A stretch of 64,000 bases of DNA from Podarcis muralis (lineage: Eukaryota). Below are positions 56,728 through 64,000 of the stretch, in pieces (position 1 is the first letter of the stretch; the number at the start of each line of letters is the position of its first letter). The stretch covers positions 11,346,001 to 11,410,000 of the forward strand of contig NC_135665.1 of NCBI RefSeq assembly GCF_964188315.1, in the 5' to 3' direction. The notes below the pieces were generated by a model. It ran no database searches, was not told where the DNA came from, and was given only the letters and a program-made list of their open reading frames with translations. Position numbers and translations under genes: made by a program.

Positions 56728-58130
56728 CCATTAATGCTTTGAGTGGAAGTAGTTGTTTTGTTCTGTGCATTCTGAATCTATCACCAATCAATCTCATTGG
56801 ATGAACTCTGCTTCAGCTATGATGGGAAAGCAAGAAAAAATGGCCACTTTCTCAATGCCAAACCCCTTTCATATTTAGCTCTATCACACATCCTATACAG
56901 ATTACAACTGGGATCTTGACACCACCAAAAGAGTACACAAGCCTCACCATTCTGCACTGGAAGCTGATTCTACCCAATCGCTGGAAGAAGCAGCAGCAGA
57001 TATTGGCTTTTCTACATGTTAGCATTCTGCGTGCAAGTAATTTTCGAAACAGAGATGGGGTGGGGGTATTAAAAAACGCAACACTCCTCCCGCCTGCATT
57101 CTCAACTGGCCCCAGTCTGAGGAAACTTGCAGGGCCTATGCTTGGCCTGCAGGTGTGCTCTGGCTTCGAGAAACATGGCCGTGCACGATTTGTGGCTAGC
57201 CAATCAAGGAACAGAACCCGATTCCAACAGATTTACCCTTTTGCCTGTAAAGAATACTGCATATCTGCAGCATAAGTAAACAATACAATTTAAGCATTCA
57301 ATCCGACAGTTGGCTGCTGCTTAATAAAATCCACCCGACAAACCATTTCTCTGCCAAGAGCTCGTTTAATGTGCCCCTTGGGGATGCGGAAGTACCATTT
57401 CTCAGGTATGCGCACCAAGCCCTACTGATGCGATCTGGGGCAGAAAGCCAAGAATATGCGCTTCACATCCAGTTCCACTTGGCTGCTAAGGAAAAGGTCT
57501 TTTGCCTGCTACAGTTATGCGAATACAGATAATAAGAGAATCTGGAATGCTTCCATCATGCCTTAAACGCATGGTTATTTTACTGAAAGGGTCTTTTGTG
57601 AAAATGGGTGTGTCTCAATATGCATCCCATTTCCAGCGCTTGTTTCCAATTAAGTAGCAACATTCGCTTGCAAACAAAGCATGCTGAATTGGGTGAGTAT
57701 GAAACAAATGTAAATGAAGATTAAGGTTGTTAATTTAAAGCTGCTGTTTAGACACAAGCCCCATATAAAAATCTATCTACATCATTCCAAATGCAGCAAA
57801 TAGTTTAAAACTTCTTCTTTTTATTATTATTCATTTCACTTCTATATTTTTAAGGGGGGAAATCTCAAGGCAGTTTACAACCTACATTAAAACATGCATG
57901 TGTTTGTAAAAATGTTGCTGATTCATAACTGGTACAACTACGCATCTCCATGCATTTTCAAGCACTTTCGGCCAAAATATTTTATATACCACCTTTCAAG
58001 TCCAGTTCTCAGGGAAACTTACAGATATAAAACAGTATCACATGTACAAACAACTTATAACAGAATTTGCCAATAGTAGTCGGAGCTGTAACAGAACCTA
58101 ATTTATCAACCACTTAGGGGCTGTGTGAAC

Positions 58131-58577
58131 TGTTAGAATTCCTGCTCCATAATTGCAGTCATGGGATTGTTGTCTATCACATGACGGTATATGTTTTGAC
58201 TCCACAAAGTGGGAAGTGACGGAGACAGGATGTTTGTGTTACTGTGTTCCGTGAAGTGGGACTATTGTCCTTTGTTCTTTCTCGCTTTGCTGTCTGATGC
58301 TAGAGAGAGAGGGAGCCATGTTGCAGTGCCCTGTGTGTGTTTATATGTAAATAAAGTAGATTAGCCAAAATGCTGAGTTACTGAGGTCTGTTACGCATGA
58401 TGCGCAAACTCTGCGGAACCCTAAGTGTGCCAGTGTCTTTTGGCGTCGGTTGCTGTGATGTTTGGGCAGAAGAAAGCTTTTGAAGCTCCCGAACGATCGA
58501 CCAGGAAGGAGGGAACATGCCAGTTGGGCATGTGTCTCTACCAGAGTCCTACTTGAGTATAAATTGAGCTCCTGACA
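58131..58577. mobile_element. Solo LTR (447 bp)
   Basis: tgttag...ctgaca ends; perfect 5-bp TSD TGAAC (58126-58130 / 58578-58582); AATAAA at 58350-58355 on +. Confidence 0.9.
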
Positions 58578-59504
58578 TGAACATCATTTTAATTTGGTGG
58601 TTTAGAAGTTATCAGATTATGTGCCAGTTCATATGGACTTACATAGAATAGACTTCAAACAGCGCACCAGCACAGAGCAGGCACTGCTACTGGTAACCAA
58701 CTATCTTACTTTTGAAGGCTTCTAAAGAAGACTTTAACAGCCAGATAGGTTCATATGGGAGCATTTGGTCTTTTTAATACACTTTAGGGATTTATAGATC
58801 AAAATCATTAGCCATATTTAGGGCAGGTTCACCCTGACAAAAAAAGCTGATCCTCTCCCCAAAATGCTCAAAAACTCTGGTCAACCCAACTGCCTGTTTT
58901 TTGTTTTTTGATAGTGGGAGTAGATCACAGTCTCTTGGAAGTTGGACGTCTCTGCACTAGAGTATGCCCTAATTCTGAGATGGTAGCCCTCTGTCTATGC
59001 TGTATGGCCACAGGTAGCCCACTGAGGTTTTAAAGACCTGACTCATTTTTGTATGGAAAAACATTCATGCATTTTGAAGACTCTATGACTGAACCCTCCT
59101 CCAAACAATGGATATCCCAGACACAGCTTTACCATCCCAGTGAGAACCAGGCCTTGCGTTAGATCGATTCCTCTCTCTCTCTCCCAGTGGGCAAAAATGA
59201 AGATTGATTTACAGCAACCTTTTCCAACAATCAGTTGCTTATTTCAGTATTAAACTTCCACCAGTTAATTACTTCTCCTCACCTCTGCACTACTTGACAT
59301 CAAAGTCTTAATCCAAATGACAGTGTTGAGACAAGGGTCTGCTCCAAAGCCTGGAACCTGCAGAAGCTCCACAGTCTGCCCACCCCAAGCCAACAATCTT
59401 GGCAACACGCGTCAATGAAGTTTAATAGAATCTGCCCAGTAGCTGGCTATGTGTAGTGCTGCTGGTTCAACAGCTGAGAAAAGTCAACTGCCTTGAAGAC
59501 CACC

Positions 59505-60640
59505 CTTTTTTATTATTATTAAAGTTTTTATTGTTTTACAGAAGTATGTGTAATGTCTCTCGTATTTTTTCCATGTAACATTTTTACAAATCAGTTTCAT
59601 TTGTTGAGACATTAGGAAGAAAAGGGGGGGAGGGGGGAAGATGGATGGGGGTGGGATCGGGTGGCGATGTTTCTATTTTGCTTAATGTATGTAGGGTTTG
59701 GTGTCAGCGTTACTTGTGCCTGTTCTCTGCTGTTCACTTGTGTTCCTTTGGTGGTGAGAGAGGTTGGGGGTTGACCTAGGGCAGGGGTCTGCAACCCGCG
59801 GCTCCGGAGCCGCATGTGGCTCTTTTACATCTTTGCCGCAGCTCCGGGGCGGATACTAGCGAGGGGAGGAGGCGCATTGTGCGCCCCGACACTCCTCACT
59901 GTGGCGGGCGCTGTACTGGCTGTGACGTCGCATGGGGGCGGTGCGTGCATTAGTCACGCACCGTCCCGACGTCACCTTCCCGCCCGCTGTCAGATCGCGG
60001 CTCCGGGGATATATTTGTTTTAAATGTCGCAATGGTTTTGCGGCTCCCAGTTGTTGTTTTTTCTTCGGAAACGGGTCCAAGTGGCTCTTTTTGTCTTAAA
60101 GGTTGCAGACCCCTGGCCTAGGGTGTGGTTGTTTGTTGGTGATTGGCTGTGATGATCTTTGTTTTTGTGTGTGAGTGGGGTGGGTGGGTGTTTTGGATCA
60201 GGTTAGCCATATTGATTTATTTGCTGTTGGTGGATTATTGTCATGTCTTGTTGGGCTGTGTATGTGATAAAGGGGAGGCGTCTTCTTCTGTTTGTCCCCG
60301 TGTCAGTTTCTGTTTATTGGTTAATTTTTCTAGTAGGGCTATTTCCCATACTATTTGGTACCATTGGCCCATGCTTACTCCTGACAGGTCTCTCCAGTGT
60401 CTGGTTATGGTTGAAGACCACCCTTTTATAAAAAAAAGATCTTGTTTGCTGTTGTGGGCCACCATCCGTTCTTGGGCTGACGCTCCATTGCTACACAGAC
60501 ATGCTACACAGACGTTGTTATGCAGACATGGCTGATTGAACATGTAACCAAAAAGGTGTGGGCAGGTGAGGAGGTGACAGAAAAGTGAAGCAGTAGCCAT
60601 ATGCAATGAGAAACAATGTTGTATGGAGGTCACGTGCCTA
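59505..60640 (-). mobile_element. L1/Tx1-clade LINE 3' fragment
   Basis: ORF 60241..60648 TITRHWRD..QWYQIVWEIALLEKLT resembles the L1/Tx1 ORF2 C-terminus; A-rich tail near 59505-59530. Confidence 0.65.
59782..60115. mobile_element. hAT MITE nested in the L1/Tx1 fragment
   Basis: Perfect TIR caggggtctgcaacc / ggttgcagacccctg; TSD acctaggg / gcctaggg. Confidence 0.9.
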
Positions 60641-63130
60641 TCATCCAAAAGAACCTGGAGGTGGTCCTAGGCCAGCCTTCACCACCCTGGTACCCTCTAA
60701 ATATTTTGGACTACAACTCCCATCAGCCCAGCCAGCATGGTCAATGGTTAGAGATGTTAGGAGTGGCCTGGAGGGCAAGTGACTGGTGAAGGCTGCCCAA
60801 TGTATGAACAATGCAAAAGTATTGTTTAGCTGTAAGGAGATGCGCAGGGATATAGACTCTGAAAATGGCACTACAACCATTTCTGCCCGGAAGTCGTTCT
60901 GCGTGCTACTTCAAAACCATCCAACTATCTTTTTCTATCAATCCAAGAGAAATAGCAGTTGCAATTAGCTGGTAGTAATTTAGAGGCAGTGGCAGACAAC
61001 TGCCATTGTGGATTCAATATTTGCTAAACAAGACCACTGGCCTTTCGCCATTCAGAAAAACAAAGCCTTAGCCTTCCTAAGAGTTAACGGAGTGTTTCAA
61101 CAATCATTCCTTAAGCAGCAGGGTTCAACATGCTGTGAGGGCAATGGAAGAAGCTAGATAATAGACAGAGAAAACAACATGCTCCCATACCTATTTACAG
61201 AGTGCAAAGTCCTGCAACAAGGGCCTCAGAGTTCTTGGGGAGATGCCTGTCAAGATGGGTTAAGAGGTCTCAAGTTAAGCATCGCATCCTGACAGACATT
61301 AGTTGCCGAGAAATATTCTTTAAGTCATTCATTACTGTGCAAGTACTACAGCCTTTCCAGACAAGTGACTATGCAGGCTATTTTACCGAATGAAACTCCA
61401 GCTCTATAATTGTTTAATTATATGGTTGTCAAAGCCACAAATAGCTTGTTTGAGGAGTACAAAGTTCAATACACACAGACAGAGAAGTTTTCATGATGTT
61501 TAGCTGAACGGCTTCCGTTGGCAGAAAGAGAAGCTGTATTTTTCATCTGTCACATGAAATTACTGTTCATTTTCTTAGGAAAGTTCCCCTACCCCTCCCT
61601 TACCTGGTTCATTCCAGACATTCACATTGTACTAGTTTGCTTCCCTGCAACTTTAAAGACACTGATTCCCAGAAGTAAAAAACAAAACAAAAATGTGTTG
61701 TTGTTTTTTAAAAACACCACTTTTGCCATGCCACCACAGATGAATTGAGGTACCTAAGAATATTTTGGTTTGCCATACAACTGGCTGGTCAGGATTCACA
61801 AGTGGAACATGCCCTGATCTTGGAGTGTGGGGGGGGGGTCCTTAAGTGACCTACCTAAACACTTTATTATTATTGCTGGGTTTTAAAAAGAACCACAACT
61901 ACAAGTTGTAATAGAAAACATCAAGGAAGGTAGGTTCTATTAGTTATAATATGCAATTGTAGTAATATAAATTCTGTTCGTATTAGAAATAATATGCAAC
62001 TTCAACATGAAAAGAAACATTTTTTTCATTGCTAGAGAAAAAAGGTCAGAAATTAGCATTCATATAATGCCAGTGACACTGGTTTACTGATCATTCTGAA
62101 AGAGAAAGGCGTCCCCAACCCCATCCCCATTTTCCTTCCTTCCAAATCAGACTTTGTACTGTGGCAATGGATTGTATTGTGCCCAAATTTTTCAACCCAA
62201 CTGCACAAAAAGCCATTCCATGATAAACCAAAAATACATGCACATAAGAAGTTTTCTGCAGTGAAGAAAGTTACCCAGTTTATCAGAAAACTCAGCTAAC
62301 CAGGCGATTCTACTGTGAAACTATGGTAGAGTCTACTGCTGTTTGTCTGTTTATTTCATAAAATCTATATACCACTTCATTATAGAAAAAATATCAAAGA
62401 GGTTCACACAAAAATGTTATCTCCTCTAACCAGTATTATATTATTGCTTGATTGTTTTAATGTAAACTGATAAGCATTAGTTATGTAAAATGCATGAAAC
62501 CTTTATGATCTATGCAAATAATTTGTTATCTGTAGTTAAATTGTAAAAGTCAAGTAAAAAAATTTCAGAAAAGAAAAGACAAGTCAGTTGACAATGTCAA
62601 TGGCAGATCCTTTTCTGCACTATGGACTACTTGGATTGGGGGGTGGGGTGGGGTATACAAAGCAGAAGAATCCATAAAGTGCTTGTCCCATAAAATTAAC
62701 ATCACAGAGCCCAGTTGAGGTTCATTATTGTATCGCTACCACAGCAACAAAAACATTTCTAACACAAAGATTTGCTTATTTTTAAAGAGAGAAGTAAAGG
62801 ACTATTATGATTCTTGAAATAATAAAAAGGGGTTTTTGAGTCATACATTTCACAGCGCTATCTATGAGCCAATGAACACTTTTAAAGATATGCAAACAAA
62901 AAACGGGGGAAAGGGGAAATGTAGATCAGTAGAGCCACCAGGGGGAAAAATGAACAGAATAAGAAGCTGGCTAGAATCCACTCTGTAAATCAGTAAACTT
63001 AACAGCAAATTAAGCTGCAAGATTCACTGTGCTAAGGGTCAAGTTGTTGGAAGAATCTGGATCTAAGTTTCTTTCTACCGGGCAAAGATCACCAGCAACT
63101 TAATTTGGGGTGGGGTAAAAGTGATATAAG

Positions 63131-63317
63131 GGACCTGGGTGGCGCTGTGGGTTAAACCACAGAGCCTAGGGCTTGCCGATCAGAAGGTCGGCAGTTCGAA
63201 TCCCCGCAACGGGGTGAGCTCCCGTTGCTCGGTCCCTGCTCCTGCCAACCTAGCAGTTCGAAAGCACGTCAAAGTGCAAGTAGATAAATAGGTACCGCTC
63301 CAGCGGGAAGGTAAAAA
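63131..63317 (+). mobile_element. Sauria SINE 5' half
   Basis: Head through gggaaggtaaa, then truncated. Confidence 0.9.
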
Positions 63318-64000
63318 GAATCCCCACTGAAAGCTCCTAACCATCAATTAACCATCAATTAACTTACTTTGAGAGATCTGTGTGTAGTATTAACACACAC
63401 AAAGGGGGGAGGATGGAAGTGAAATTGAAAAGATGATATAATACAGTACCTGTCACCATTTGGATTTTTTTTTTCTGTTTTCCTTCCCAGGAGTTAACTC
63501 TTTAAAGTATCTGTTTTCTTTATGGCATAGTAAATGAGGTCCAGCAAGGTAGCCCAGAAATCTTCAGTACTGTTAAAGAAAACAAAAAAATATTATTATT
63601 TAATAACTTTTATTCATCACTTTTGTGCCACAGCAACTCAAAGCAAGTTACAATATTTAAAACAAACATGTACGTCCATTTAAAACCAGCATTATACAAG
63701 CAACCTAAAATATAATTCTATTTTTTGTTGTTGAATAACTAGATTAAAACATCAACAAACAAAAATTGTAGGTTATGAAAAGGGACACAATCCCCGTCTC
63801 TCTCCCAAAAGAGGTAATAATAATAATAATAATAATAATATATTTATACCCTGCCCATCTGGTAATCATTGTAGAGCAACCTAAGAGGTTTCTGTGCCAG
63901 TACTAGGCTTAAAAACCGATTGAATTTGATCTAGAAAATTCATGCAAGACAGCCTAGTATGACAACATCTGGAGGGCCTCGGGTTCCCCACCTAGCTATG

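Overview
Eukaryotic (vertebrate) genomic DNA, almost certainly from a lacertid lizard (Podarcis/Lacerta-like), judged from the Sauria-type SINEs and the L2/CR1/RTE/Tigger/hAT repeat mix. The window holds the full coding region of SEMA4D (semaphorin-4D/CD100) on the minus strand. I read 14 GT-AG coding exons (51434 down to 22406; 2571 nt, 856 aa: signal peptide, Sema, PSI, Ig, mucin-like stalk, TM, cytoplasmic tail). Four more phase-compatible exons downstream (20458-20664, 4789-4992, 3731-3828, 2615-2644) can replace the TM exon and give a 729-aa secreted isoform. That isoform has a different Ig domain and a Trp-heptad C-terminal helix closely resembling the cholinesterase WAT tetramerisation peptide; this is the most interesting observation, and the WAT link is my inference. 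Introns are dense in transposable elements. Unusual structures include a SINE insertion whose 5' junction carries a 71-bp inverted copy of the MITE flank, a fold-back SINE, a ~1-kb SINE-linker-SINE composite present twice in inverted orientation, three stacked hAT MITEs sharing one 8-bp target, and two solo LTRs with perfect 5-bp TSDs. No prokaryotic systems, CRISPR arrays, rRNA or true tRNA genes are supported. All translations and coordinates were read by hand.
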